Shown: positions 19,696 to 29,284, numbered from the stretch's first letter. The stretch: DNA of 59,243 bases from Candidatus Micrarchaeota archaeon (GCA_021791245.1 JAJYWY010000012.1:1-59243), one strand, 5' to 3'. The notes: a model not told the origin generated them from the letters alone. Numbers and translations are program-made.

Positions 19696-19722
19696 ACCCT
19701 TCTTCTTTCTTTTTTCTTTTAT
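19681..19722 (+). terminator. Hairpin plus oligo-T terminator
   Basis: GAAGAAGG-taaac-CCTTCTTC followed by TTTCTTTTTTCTTT. Confidence 0.6.
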
Positions 19723-20033
19723 TTATATTTTTTTATCCGTTAGCAAATCAGATCTGCAGCATTGGCGGATTTTGGATACGGCTTCTATTGCTATTGCAAC
19801 ACCGCTTTCGCATACAAACGCGTATTTTATATGGATAGCTATTGAAAGCATTTTACTGACGACAATGTAATCTATTGATGTTGGATGCCCTATTGATGTT
19901 GGAATGCCACATATATACAGCTGCAATTTTGAATAGCACCAATGATCTATCGGGTTTATTCCTGCTGGCGTTTTAGACAAATGCCAGATAAATTATTTAA
20001 ATGAGTAAATATATACATCATATTGGTTATATT

Positions 20034-20960
20034 ATGCCAGAGGCGCAGAAAAACAAAATCGCCAAGGAATCGAACGTATTGCATCAACTATCAGAGTTTG
20101 AACCAGGTGCGCGGGTTTTAGTTCTTGACATGGACGGAACATTATATTCCGTAGATAAAATCGTCGAAAAACATGCGAAAAGGCTTTTCAAGCACATTTC
20201 ACAGGAAAAACTTGAAAATGCAGAAAAAGAATACAAACTGGCGAGAGAAGGCATTTGCGGACCTTGCATAGGAACGACTTATGATGTGAAAAACGATATG
20301 CTTCTAGAGCTTGGCCAGGACATGAAAGTAGTAGCAGCATATAAGTGGGACGGCAGCAAACTCAATAGCAATGACATAATGGCGATGTATCCAGAACCAG
20401 TAAAGCATAATCTCGAATCAATGCTTTCAATAGGGGACGGGTGGTGGATACCCCTTTCTATAACCCTGCATCATTACAGCGGCTCTGCAGAAGACAGGCT
20501 GGCTCTGTCGAAGCAGACAGGAGAGGATTACATTGCGACTAAACAATATATGCATGAACATCCCGAGGAGTTCAGGATTCCAAGGAATGAAAGCATAGTG
20601 AATGCATTGAAGGAGTTCAGGAAGTCTGGAAACAAGGTGATAGTTGCAACAAATTCCGGACTAGAGGACGCGCAGCGCGTTCTTGACCAGCTAGGCATAC
20701 TGGATCTCTGCGATGAGGTGGTGGCCCGTGCCGGAAAGCCTACAAATTCTGATTTACTTTTTAAGAGCATCTCAAGGAGCAACAATTTAAGGAAGGGCGA
20801 AGGTATATCTATAGGGGACAATGTACTAAACGAAATACTGCCCGCGAAGCTGAACGGATTTAAAACTATATTTGTAGGGAATCCAGGAAAGCAGAATCTC
20901 TTTGGTACAGATGTGGTTGCAGATACAATAAAGGATGCCTTATCAATAATAAGGCATTAG
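20034..20960 (+). CDS. HAD-superfamily hydrolase (possible nucleotidase)
   Basis: DMDGTLY motif I, ATNS motif II, GKP, IGDNVLNE motif IV. Confidence 0.88.
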   Translation: MPEAQKNKIAKESNVLHQLSEFEPGARVLVLDMDGTLYSVDKIVEKHAKRLFKHISQEKLENAEKEYKLAREGICGPCIGTTYDVKNDMLLELGQDMKVVAAYKWDGSKLNSNDIMAMYPEPVKHNLESMLSIGDGWWIPLSITLHHYSGSAEDRLALSKQTGEDYIATKQYMHEHPEEFRIPRNESIVNALKEFRKSGNKVIVATNSGLEDAQRVLDQLGILDLCDEVVARAGKPTNSDLLFKSISRSNNLRKGEGISIGDNVLNEILPAKLNGFKTIFVGNPGKQNLFGTDVVADTIKDALSIIRH

Positions 20961-21155
20961 GCATAAAGCAGCAAATGGATTTTCTTAGGAATATGCTATT
21001 TGCATTCATCCATCATCCAAAATATATGGGCTTTCTGCCATAAATTTTGCAATTCATCCCAGTTGGCAGATTCTGACATATATCGCTGACGTAAATGAAA
21101 GATTTATATAGTTAGATGTATATTTTTATCTGCTTCTGCTTACTGCAAATTCTAG

Positions 21156-21740
21156 ATGAAAATTATGGAGATAACAGTTGTTGAGAATACTCCCCATGCC
21201 GTAAAGCTTAGCCTCAGCGGCGCTGATACATGGTATGTTAATGCACTCAGAAGGGCGTGCATGAACAGTGTGAAGTGCTTTGCAATAGGGTCTGTAACTT
21301 TATATGAGAATACGAGCAGCATGTTCGACGAATACCTTGCGCACAGGCTAGGCCTGGTACCAATCCTGTCTCCAGACGGATACGGAGACAAGGATGAAAT
21401 ACTGTTCACTGCCGAAGTGGAAGGTCCTGCTACATTTTATTCAAGAGATCTTAAGAGCAAGGAGAAGGACGTGGCTGTTGCAAATGGAAATATACCTATA
21501 ATAAAGCTGGCTGAAGGCCAGAAGGTCAGGTTAGACTGCAAAGCAGTGCTCGGCAACAGCACGAATGGCGCAAAGTTCCAGCCTGCGTATGCGGCATACA
21601 AAGAGTTAGGCGGCAAGGAGAAAGGATACGAACTTTATGTAGAATCATTCGGTCAGATGAGCGCTTCCGAAGTATTGAAAAAAGCGCTGGAATCCATGAA
21701 GAAAGATATGAAAGTTATATATAAGGATGTGAAGAAATAA
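21156..21740 (+). CDS. rpoD: RNA polymerase subunit D (Rpo3)
   Basis: VNALRR, ENTSSMFDEYLAHRLGLVP, AKFQP; conserved operon context. Confidence 0.95.
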   Translation: MKIMEITVVENTPHAVKLSLSGADTWYVNALRRACMNSVKCFAIGSVTLYENTSSMFDEYLAHRLGLVPILSPDGYGDKDEILFTAEVEGPATFYSRDLKSKEKDVAVANGNIPIIKLAEGQKVRLDCKAVLGNSTNGAKFQPAYAAYKELGGKEKGYELYVESFGQMSASEVLKKALESMKKDMKVIYKDVKK

Positions 21741-21750
21741 CACTACCCCT

Positions 21751-21852
21751 GCAGGGGTGGCGGAGCTTGGTCAAACGCGCAGGATTGAGGAACTCACGTT
21801 CAAAATTCCTGTAGCTTTAGTGCTTGCGAGGGTTCAAATCCCTTCCCCTGCA
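21751..21852 (+). tRNA. tRNA-Leu(GAG) with a canonical 37/38 intron (21791-21805)
   Basis: CAGGA-TTGAGG[AACTCACGTTCAAAA]T-TCCTG; BHB with TTGA/TCAA helix. Confidence 0.93.
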
Positions 21853-21860
21853 AAGAGTTG

Positions 21861-22223
21861 ATGTTTATGAAAAAAGAAAGAATAAGTGAAAAACCAAATC
21901 TCAACGAATGGCTAGCTGCGCTTAAGGCGCAAGGTTTCACCAAGAAAAATGCAAAGCTGTGGCGCGATGCGTATTCATTCGCAAGCAGGCCAAGAAGGAA
22001 GATGATTACCGTAAACCTTGCAAGGCTATCTAAAATAGCCAATCCTGGGGAGAGCATAGTAGTGCCTGGTAAAGTTCTCGGATCCGGCAGGGTCAGCTTA
22101 AAATTCAACATAGCCGCCATTGAATATTCATTGTCTGCATTAGAGAAGCTCCGCTCTTCCGGGTGCACCATAGAAAGCATAAGCCAGGCGATCGAGAAGG
22201 AGAACGTAAGGCTAGTGGTTTGA
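21861..22223 (+). CDS. rpl18e: 50S ribosomal protein L18e
   Basis: RPRR..VNLARL, IVVPGKVLGSG; synteny. Confidence 0.95.
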   Translation: MFMKKERISEKPNLNEWLAALKAQGFTKKNAKLWRDAYSFASRPRRKMITVNLARLSKIANPGESIVVPGKVLGSGRVSLKFNIAAIEYSLSALEKLRSSGCTIESISQAIEKENVRLVV

Positions 22224-22226
22224 AAA

Positions 22227-22688
22227 GTGATGATCATGGATGCAAAGAACACAAATGAAAAAAACCGTGCAAATAAGGTAATAATAGACGGCAAAGGCCT
22301 TATTCTTGGGAGGGCTTCCAGCAGAATTGCAAAGATGCTGCTGACTGGCACTAATGTCATTGTGCTAAATGCATCAGAGCTGTACATAAGCGGGCACAAG
22401 AAGTCTATGCTCGGCAAATACAAGCAGAGGTTCGATCTTCAGGACAAGGCAAACCCCGAGCACTCCCCATACTGGTCGCACAGGCCGGATTTTTTCGTTA
22501 AGCGCGTAATAAGGGGAATGCTGCCTTATAAGAGGCCAAAGGGAAAGGAAGCATACAAGAGGCTCTTCGTTTACAGCAATTTTCCGGAAGAGTTCAAAAG
22601 CGAAAAGCTATTTAATCTTGGAGCTAAATCATCAAATGAAACGTTCGAAAGGGCGATTAGCGTAAAGGAGCTTACAGAGAGGTTATGA
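22227..22688 (+). CDS. rpl13: 50S ribosomal protein L13
   Basis: IIDGKGLILGRASS, KRVIRGMLPYK. Start could be 22230 or 22236. Confidence 0.95.
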   Translation: MMIMDAKNTNEKNRANKVIIDGKGLILGRASSRIAKMLLTGTNVIVLNASELYISGHKKSMLGKYKQRFDLQDKANPEHSPYWSHRPDFFVKRVIRGMLPYKRPKGKEAYKRLFVYSNFPEEFKSEKLFNLGAKSSNETFERAISVKELTERL

Positions 22689-22689
22689 A

Positions 22690-23226
22690 TTGGCAGAGAA
22701 AGAATCATTGGAAAACCTTAACAAGGAACTCTTCAATCTTGGCGGAGACGAGCCGAAGGCGGAGCAGCCTGCGGAGAAGAAATCCGCCAAACCAAGAAAG
22801 AAGCAGAAGCCAAAAACGCAGAAAGCGATAATTGCGACCAGCAGGAGGAAGATGGCGCGCGCGCGGGCAACTATAACGAAAGGCAATGGCACTATAAGGG
22901 TAAACGGCTTTGACATATCCACGATAAGGCCGCACGAGATGAGGGAGGTTATAACGGAGCCCATATATCTGTCGTCAATGGCAAAAGAGATAGCGTCTAA
23001 GCACAATATAAGCGTAAATGTAAGCGGAGGGGGGAGAAGCGCGCAGGCCAATGCGATACGCAGTTCTATAGCAAGGGCAATATATGAAGTCTCGAAGAAC
23101 GAAGAGATAAAAAGATCATACATGGCATACGACAGGACACTTATGGTGGACGACATAAGGCAAGTCGAGCCTAAGAAGCCCAAGGGGCCTAAGGCAAGGG
23201 CAAAGTTCCAGAAGTCTTATAGATGA
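22690..23226 (+). CDS. rps9: 30S ribosomal protein S9 with charged N-terminal extension
   Basis: RRKMARARA, VSGGGRSAQA, EPKKPKGPKARAKFQKSYR. Confidence 0.96.
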   Translation: MAEKESLENLNKELFNLGGDEPKAEQPAEKKSAKPRKKQKPKTQKAIIATSRRKMARARATITKGNGTIRVNGFDISTIRPHEMREVITEPIYLSSMAKEIASKHNISVNVSGGGRSAQANAIRSSIARAIYEVSKNEEIKRSYMAYDRTLMVDDIRQVEPKKPKGPKARAKFQKSYR

Positions 23227-23241
23227 TTTTTAGTGATTTGA

Positions 23242-23442
23242 ATGATGATACCTGTAAGGTGCTTTTCATGCGGACAAGTGGTTGCTGACAAATGGGAGGA
23301 GTTCAACGAGCGGGTGAACAAGAAGGGCGAAGACCCTGAGAAAGTGCTCACTGACCTCAAGGTGGAGAGATACTGCTGCAGAAGAATGCTGGTCAGCCAC
23401 ATAGACCTTATAGACGATATAATGAACTACGGCAGGAAATGA
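23242..23442 (+). CDS. rpoN: RNA polymerase subunit N (Rpo10)
   Basis: [11 protein letters not shown]...RYCCRRML. Confidence 0.97.
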   Translation: MMIPVRCFSCGQVVADKWEEFNERVNKKGEDPEKVLTDLKVERYCCRRMLVSHIDLIDDIMNYGRK

Positions 23443-23507
23443 TGCATAAGAAAAACAACGGGTATCGGCAATTAATATAAATAATTATGCATTTAAGATT
23501 AAAGAGA

Positions 23508-23610
23508 GGGGTCGTCTGCTAGCCTGGTTAGGCTTTGTGCTTAGGGAGCACAAGACCCGAGACAAAATATGCGGGAATTCAAAATGCAAATGAAAATCTC
23601 GGCGACCCCG
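23508..23610 (+). tRNA. tRNA-Pro(AGG) with two T-arm introns (53/54: 23562-23577; 59/60: 23584-23596)
   Basis: GGGGTCG/CGACCCC acceptor, TGTGC-TTAGGGA-GCACA anticodon arm, CCGAG/CTCGG T stem. Removing two BHB-flanked inserts restores TTCAAAT. Occupies the usual post-rpoN tRNA-Pro position. Confidence 0.88.
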
Positions 23611-23653
23611 GTGTGCTCGAAAGGGATCATTGAATTGAAATAGGAATGGTTTG

Positions 23654-24268
23654 ATGGATGAACAATTATTGACGGAACAATCAGAGTATTTAGAGGCCGG
23701 AATACACATAGGCGCAAAGACGAGGGCGCCTGGCATGTCAAGATTCATATACAAGACAAGGGAAGACGGATTATGCCTTCTCGACCTGCCTTCCATAGAC
23801 GGCAGGATAAAGATTGCAGCCAAACTGCTTGCGAATTACAGCCCTGAGAATATAGTAGTCACTGCCTCCAGAATATATGCTATAGCCGCAGCATCCAAAT
23901 TCGCTGAAATAATAAACGCAAAGTTCATGAAAGGAAGGGTAATGCCAGGCATCTTCACCAATCCCAACAGAAAAGATTATACAGAGCCGGAGATAATACT
24001 GATGAGCGATACAAGGAACGAGAAGCAGGCGGTCAGGGAAGCGAGGAAGACAAATATACCTGTAATAGCGCTCTGCGATACCGACAACTGGATAAAATTC
24101 GTAGACCTGATAGTTCCTTGCAACAACAAGGGCAGAAAGGCGCTTGCGCTTACGTATTTCCTGCTTGCCAGGGAATACATGAAAGAGAAAGGATTAATAA
24201 AGTCTAATGAAGAATTCAATTACAAAGTCTCCGACTTCGAGGCAAAAGTGGAGATGAAGGCGAAGTAA
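23654..24268 (+). CDS. rps2: 30S ribosomal protein S2
   Basis: YLEAGIHIG, GRVMPGIFTNP, IPVIALCDTDN, PCNNKG. Confidence 0.96.
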   Translation: MDEQLLTEQSEYLEAGIHIGAKTRAPGMSRFIYKTREDGLCLLDLPSIDGRIKIAAKLLANYSPENIVVTASRIYAIAAASKFAEIINAKFMKGRVMPGIFTNPNRKDYTEPEIILMSDTRNEKQAVREARKTNIPVIALCDTDNWIKFVDLIVPCNNKGRKALALTYFLLAREYMKEKGLIKSNEEFNYKVSDFEAKVEMKAK

Positions 24269-24271
24269 TTG

Positions 24272-24814
24272 ATGGATGCACAAAAAGGCAAGAAGGCGCA
24301 GGTAGCTATAGATTTCCTGATATCATATGGCGTAGCGATGCTTATAATCGCCGTATCCATAGTGGCAGTAGTGAAGCTCGGAATACTTAATCCAATCCTC
24401 TCCCCTGTATCATGCACCCCGTCGCCAGGATTCTCCTGCGGCTTCTTTTACATAACGCAGAATGGGATACTTACCATAAACATGTCGCAGGCTATAGGCG
24501 GGGCGATAACCATAAACGGCATATCCTGTTCTTCCAACTACAACCAGTCTGGAGACTTTCCGGAATACGGAAACGTATATGTTACAGGAAATTCCGTATA
24601 CTATCCTGCAGGAAGCGCGCCGGGATCAGGGATAGACATGTACAGCGGCACCTCGGACACGTTCGAAGTTTATTGCTATGACCCAAACGGAAAAGCAGTT
24701 GGAAGCATAAATAACATATTCTACGGTCATCTCTGGCTAAATTACACAATAGCAGGATCTGGATACAATACCGTAACGCAGAGCGTGGCTACATTCACTT
24801 CAAGCTATGTGTAA
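24272..24814 (+). CDS. Class III signal-peptide (type IV pilin-like) protein
   Basis: KGKKAQ-VAIDFLISYG processing motif followed by a hydrophobic helix and a Cys-containing polar domain. Confidence 0.8.
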   Translation: MDAQKGKKAQVAIDFLISYGVAMLIIAVSIVAVVKLGILNPILSPVSCTPSPGFSCGFFYITQNGILTINMSQAIGGAITINGISCSSNYNQSGDFPEYGNVYVTGNSVYYPAGSAPGSGIDMYSGTSDTFEVYCYDPNGKAVGSINNIFYGHLWLNYTIAGSGYNTVTQSVATFTSSYV

Positions 24815-24840
24815 AACCCATTGCATTCGGAGAGCGAATT

Positions 24841-24913
24841 TGCGACAGACGGGATTTGAACCCATGTTGCTGGCTTGGAAGGCCAGCGTCCTACCAGGCT
24901 AGACTACTGTCGC
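24841..24913 (-). tRNA. tRNA-Gly(TCC)
   Basis: GCGACAG/CTGTCGC acceptor, CTGGC-CTTCCAA-GCCAG anticodon arm, TTCAAAT. Confidence 0.96.
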
Positions 24914-24940
24914 ACGTCAGATATTCTGCAGCATTTCTAT

Positions 24941-26560
24941 TTATTTCTTTGTGCTTCTGGCTTTATCGCCCTTTTTTCTTGTTCTTCTATATGCTGCGGC
25001 AACCACAGCTATAACTGCAATCGCGCCAACTATTTCTTCCCACGGGGGCGCCCCCTGGCTCGAACTTGCAGCGCCGACCTCCACATAATAGTTGTCCGAT
25101 GACGAATACTGCTGGCTTGTAGCTCCGTTAGGCTGCGTCCACTGCTCATATATAGTAACAGGGTACTGCCCAGGGTTCCCCTGCGGATCTATGTTTACGT
25201 AAAAAGTCACATTTTCAGCTTCTCCAGGCGCGAGGCTGTCTATGTATGCGTTCCCATTTGACGTCGACACGGGATATATCGTCTGCAAGTCTAGATTTAG
25301 GTTCTGTGCAGCTTGGTTTCCTGTGTTCTTTATCCTGAACGTTACTGGCACGTAAGTGTTTCCCGGATTCAGACTGCCAAGCTCCTCCGTTATGTTGAAG
25401 ACTGCAGCAGACTGCATTCTTACAGGCACATACTCTATGGCGTCAGTTTCGTTGCCCATGTTGGCGTTGTAGTACTGCAGTCTTATCGGCAGGTAGTACA
25501 TGGAGGCGTTATCGCTTTTGTATGCGGAAATGAATACGTTCTGCATCACAGATGCGCCTTCATTTATGCTGCCAAGGTATGTGCTTGATGCGCTGTTTCC
25601 CAATGAAAGCCCCGATGCGTTGAGAAATGTAATTGTCGCATTCTTTGCTTCTCCGTTCCCTGAATTGTGTATGGATATGGACAGCGTCTGGTTGGTTCCG
25701 GGATATATGTACGGAGGGGTAGCGCCTGCAACGGTTGCAACAAGCGACGGGCTCTGCACGGCTATGCTGATAGGCATGGATACGTTTTCTGCCTCGCCCT
25801 GCCCGGAATCGAGGTTATAGCGGAGTATCGCAGGTATTGCCTCCTTTCCATTGCCTATGCTGCTGTTCACGTATATTTCAGCAGATGCAGTGCCTGTGCT
25901 TCCTGCATCTATATTTGACATATAGAATATGTACGGCCCTGTTATCGTGAAATTCTTGGAATCAAGAAGTTCAACAGATACGTTGTCCGCGCTTCCGGTC
26001 CCTATGTTTGTAGCTTCTATCGTCACATCGCTCTGGCTTCCCGGGGTAAGCGCCTGCTCCGGAAGCGGAGTCAGCCGTATGTCTGGCGTGCCGCTTATGT
26101 ATAGTGTGATCGGCATTACTGCAGTCTGCGTTACTGTTGTAGACAAAGTGCTTGTTCCTTCCGTAGTTGTGCTCGTTGTCATGTATTCCGCTATTACGTC
26201 AAGCGTATATGTTCCGGACTTTGCGTATTTCGGTATCTTTATATTATACGTAAAGTAGCTGTATAATCCGTTGTATAATCCTGTACCCATAGAATTTATC
26301 AGCGTAGTCTGCGACGGCGAATAGTTCAGCAGCGGATACGCCCCGGAAAGCTGCAGGTTCACGTTGTTGAGCACGTTAGGGTAGGAATTGTACAGCTGGA
26401 ATTTTATGGTGATATTGTCGCCTGCAACTATGGGCTGCGGAGTCACATACAAGTTCACAATGGACAGCGCTCCGCTGCCTGAAGTCGTTGTCTGCGCATG
26501 GGCAAGCATTGGCAGCATGGCAGCAAGAAGCAAAGCCGCAAAAAAGTTTATTCCTTTCAT
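24941..26560 (-). CDS. COG1361/CARDB-like Ig-repeat cell-surface protein
   Basis: Signal peptide MKGINFFAALLLAAMLPMLAHA, repeated N-x-G-x-x-x-A-x-N beta modules, C-terminal TM plus basic tail; last gene of the ABC operon. Confidence 0.8.
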   Translation of the reverse strand: MKGINFFAALLLAAMLPMLAHAQTTTSGSGALSIVNLYVTPQPIVAGDNITIKFQLYNSYPNVLNNVNLQLSGAYPLLNYSPSQTTLINSMGTGLYNGLYSYFTYNIKIPKYAKSGTYTLDVIAEYMTTSTTTEGTSTLSTTVTQTAVMPITLYISGTPDIRLTPLPEQALTPGSQSDVTIEATNIGTGSADNVSVELLDSKNFTITGPYIFYMSNIDAGSTGTASAEIYVNSSIGNGKEAIPAILRYNLDSGQGEAENVSMPISIAVQSPSLVATVAGATPPYIYPGTNQTLSISIHNSGNGEAKNATITFLNASGLSLGNSASSTYLGSINEGASVMQNVFISAYKSDNASMYYLPIRLQYYNANMGNETDAIEYVPVRMQSAAVFNITEELGSLNPGNTYVPVTFRIKNTGNQAAQNLNLDLQTIYPVSTSNGNAYIDSLAPGEAENVTFYVNIDPQGNPGQYPVTIYEQWTQPNGATSQQYSSSDNYYVEVGAASSSQGAPPWEEIVGAIAVIAVVAAAYRRTRKKGDKARSTKK

Positions 26561-26586
26561 AAAATCACCTAATATAACCATTCCAT

Positions 26587-27693
26587 TCATTCTATCGTGG
26601 GTTTGAATATCATTAATAGCAGGGCAACAAGGAACGCAGAGAAGCATGCAAGTATTCCTCCGTCTATAAGGAGCACCTGCGTATTTATAAAGCCTACGAG
26701 TATGGCATCCCTTGCTATCTCGTTTGCATAAGTCAAAGGGTCTACAACAGAGACCGCCTGCAGCCAGCTTGGGAGGGAATATATCGGGGTTATGCCTCCG
26801 GATATGAACCAAAGCGGCAAGCCTATGGTCTGCGATATTATGGCGAATATCTCCGGCTTCCTTATTTTTCCGACTATAACTATAAGCATTGTAAGGGCCT
26901 GGAATCCTATCGCAATCAGTATCGCTATCAATATTATGTACGGTATGGCAGCGAAGCCCATCGCTATATTGGCTCCTGCAAGCAGGCCTACGGCAACCGC
27001 AGTAAACGCGTAAAGGAGAGCTTGCGTAGAACCGGACAGTATGCGGCTCACCATAATCGCATTCTTGTCTATTGGCGACACAAACAGGGCTTTCATATAT
27101 CCGAGCTGTATATCAGTTATGAGGGCAAGCCCTCCGCCAAAGAGCGCGCCGAATATAACCACCATCCCTATTATTCCGCTCATCAAAAAATCCTTATAGC
27201 TTCCCTTAGTGGCATACAAAGAGTTTGCGCTTATCCCTGTGCCTGGCTGCTGCGCAGGCTGCGCCATTTCGGTATACTTTGCTATGTACCCATCTATTAC
27301 CTGAAGCGTAGGCCCTGCCACCGTCTGCTGCGCATTGCTGTAATAGAGGTCTACGGATTTCTGCGAATAGCTTGGAAAGTCCTGGAGTATTACTATTACC
27401 ACGGAAACGCTTCCGTTCCTCAGCATTGCCATTGCAGTGTTCTGGTCAGTTATAGAGATTATCTGCAAATTGCTGCTTGATTCCAGCGAGTTTATCAGCG
27501 ATGTCGATGCGTGGTTGTTCGCATAATTCACTATTGCCACCGGGGTTCCTATGACTGTCGTGCCTATGCTTCCGAAAAAAAGGATTATTACCAGCGGAAA
27601 GATTATGGATCTCACTATGTTGCTCCTGAGGTTGGCCTTGAATATTAGCATATCCCTTTTGTAAAGGGTTATTGTATCCCTTACGAATGCCAT
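26587..27693 (-). CDS. ABC-2 type exporter permease
   Basis: Multiple TM helices, ISGGITP..LPSWLQ..DPLTY; GGAGGAGG RBS before ATG 27693. Confidence 0.9.
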   Translation of the reverse strand: MAFVRDTITLYKRDMLIFKANLRSNIVRSIIFPLVIILFFGSIGTTVIGTPVAIVNYANNHASTSLINSLESSSNLQIISITDQNTAMAMLRNGSVSVVIVILQDFPSYSQKSVDLYYSNAQQTVAGPTLQVIDGYIAKYTEMAQPAQQPGTGISANSLYATKGSYKDFLMSGIIGMVVIFGALFGGGLALITDIQLGYMKALFVSPIDKNAIMVSRILSGSTQALLYAFTAVAVGLLAGANIAMGFAAIPYIILIAILIAIGFQALTMLIVIVGKIRKPEIFAIISQTIGLPLWFISGGITPIYSLPSWLQAVSVVDPLTYANEIARDAILVGFINTQVLLIDGGILACFSAFLVALLLMIFKPTIE

Positions 27694-27695
27694 TG

Positions 27696-28682
27696 CTACC
27701 TCCTCCACATAATGGACCTTGGGCTTGACATCTCCCCCGTAGTGTCCCTGAGCGCAGATCCGGTGAGCTTCATAAACACATCGTTAAGGTCGGGGAGGTG
27801 CATGCTCACAGAATGCACTTTTAGCTTTCTTTTATCCATCTGGGCGAGCATCTTCGATAGCATGTTCAACTTTCCCTCTTCTATCTCCCCCCGTATCCTG
27901 TCGCCCTCCAGAACCGTTTTCATCCCGAAGTCCTTCTCGAAAATCTCCCTGATGTCATCAATATCATCCTTCTCTGCTATTATCTCTAGTATCCTCCCAT
28001 TGCCAACCAGCCTCTTTAGCTCCGAAGTGGTCCCTATCGCCTTTATCCTGCCGTGGTCTATTATTGCTATCCTATCGCATAGCTCGTCGGCTTCTTCAAG
28101 ATACTGCGTAGTCATTATTATAGTCACCCCCTTTTCGTTCAGCCTCTTTATATGGTTCCACATGCTGACCCTATTCTGTATATCAAGCCCTACTGTGGGC
28201 TCGTCAAGTATCAGTATGTCGGGATTGTGTATCATCGCCTTGGCCACGTTGAGCCTCCGCTGCATGCCGCCTGAATACATTCCTGCCCGCCTGTCCCTGA
28301 AATCGTAAAGGTCGACTTCCTTAAGCGCTTCGTCAACTTTTGACTGTATCTCATCTTTTGGTATATGGTATAGGTTCGCATACATCTCAAGGTTCTCCCT
28401 TCCGGTAAGTTCTGCCTCTACTATCGTTTCCTGCGTCATCATCCCTATGTGCTTCTTGGCTTCTGCCATCTGGCTCTTTGCATCGTATCCAAGTATGTGG
28501 ATATTTCCTGATGTTATCTTTATCAGGCCCAATAGCATATTTATTATGGTCGTCTTTCCTGCCCCGTTAGGGCCCAGTATCCCAAACATTTCTCCTTTCC
28601 TTATTCCGAGGCTCACATGGTCAACAGCAGTGAAGTCGCCAAATCTCTTGACAACATTATTCAATGTTACCGCCATCTCCAT
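27696..28682 (-). CDS. ABC exporter ATP-binding protein (DrrA-like)
   Basis: GPNGAGKTT, YSGGMQRR, LILDEPTVGLD, TTQYLEEAD. Confidence 0.94.
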   Translation of the reverse strand: MEMAVTLNNVVKRFGDFTAVDHVSLGIRKGEMFGILGPNGAGKTTIINMLLGLIKITSGNIHILGYDAKSQMAEAKKHIGMMTQETIVEAELTGRENLEMYANLYHIPKDEIQSKVDEALKEVDLYDFRDRRAGMYSGGMQRRLNVAKAMIHNPDILILDEPTVGLDIQNRVSMWNHIKRLNEKGVTIIMTTQYLEEADELCDRIAIIDHGRIKAIGTTSELKRLVGNGRILEIIAEKDDIDDIREIFEKDFGMKTVLEGDRIRGEIEEGKLNMLSKMLAQMDKRKLKVHSVSMHLPDLNDVFMKLTGSALRDTTGEMSSPRSIMWRR

Positions 28683-28686
28683 ATTC

Positions 28687-29010
28687 TCACCCTATTAATT
28701 TACCCACTTCTATAAGCGACCGTTTTAGCTCTGCAGAAGCATGCTTCAGAAGATCGTTGCCTTTTTTTGTAGTCGCATAGTATTTCTTCCCGTTTTTCAT
28801 CTTATACGATATGAATCCCCTGGATTCCAGCATGCTTATGGCATTGTATATGTCGTTCTTTGTTATTGAAGAGAAGAAGTGGGATTTGTGCATCTTCATG
28901 TCTTTTACCAGTGCATATGGGTATTGGGCTGAAATCCTAAACGTTCTCAGCAGTATAACCATGAGCATCACTCCCCTGAGCCTTCTATCAAAGTTGCGGC
29001 CTATATCCAT
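28687..29010 (-). CDS. PadR-family transcriptional regulator
   Basis: YPYAL..IYNAISMLESRGFI..KKYYATTKKG; first gene of the ABC operon. Start 29010 inferred. Confidence 0.82.
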   Translation of the reverse strand: MDIGRNFDRRLRGVMLMVILLRTFRISAQYPYALVKDMKMHKSHFFSSITKNDIYNAISMLESRGFISYKMKNGKKYYATTKKGNDLLKHASAELKRSLIEVGKLIG

Positions 29011-29101
29011 GCCAATCTCCAATATGTTTAAATTTAAACTATATAATATATAAATATGTGAATAACTAGATATAAAGGCCAATATCGATGCAGCTGGTAA
29101 A

Positions 29102-29284
29102 ATGAAGATAGAACCGCACAAAAAGATAAAAAACTTTTACAACGACTCAAAAAGGGTATTAAGCACTAGCTACAAGCCTACTAACGAGAGCTTCATGAAA
29201 ACTTTCAAGATGGTAATCCTTTCCATAGTGCTTATCGGCGCCCTTGGGTACGTAATATCCCTTGTAATAGGGCTGATAGCCTGA
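29102..29284 (+). CDS. secE: Protein translocase SecE/Sec61-gamma
   Basis: KRVLSTSYKPT..F..K followed by a TM helix IGALGYVI. Confidence 0.9.
   Translation: MKIEPHKKIKNFYNDSKRVLSTSYKPTNESFMKTFKMVILSIVLIGALGYVISLVIGLIA

Noticed and set aside
21800-23402. Long antisense ORFs opposite ribosomal protein genes (similar shadows across the window)
   Set aside because: Shadow frames of well-supported genes, with no motifs.
26561-26812. Long N-terminal extensions in the ORF track (also 46196-46384, 29011-29121, 52506-52610)
   Set aside because: They overlap neighbouring genes or promoters; better starts with RBS or signal peptide lie downstream.
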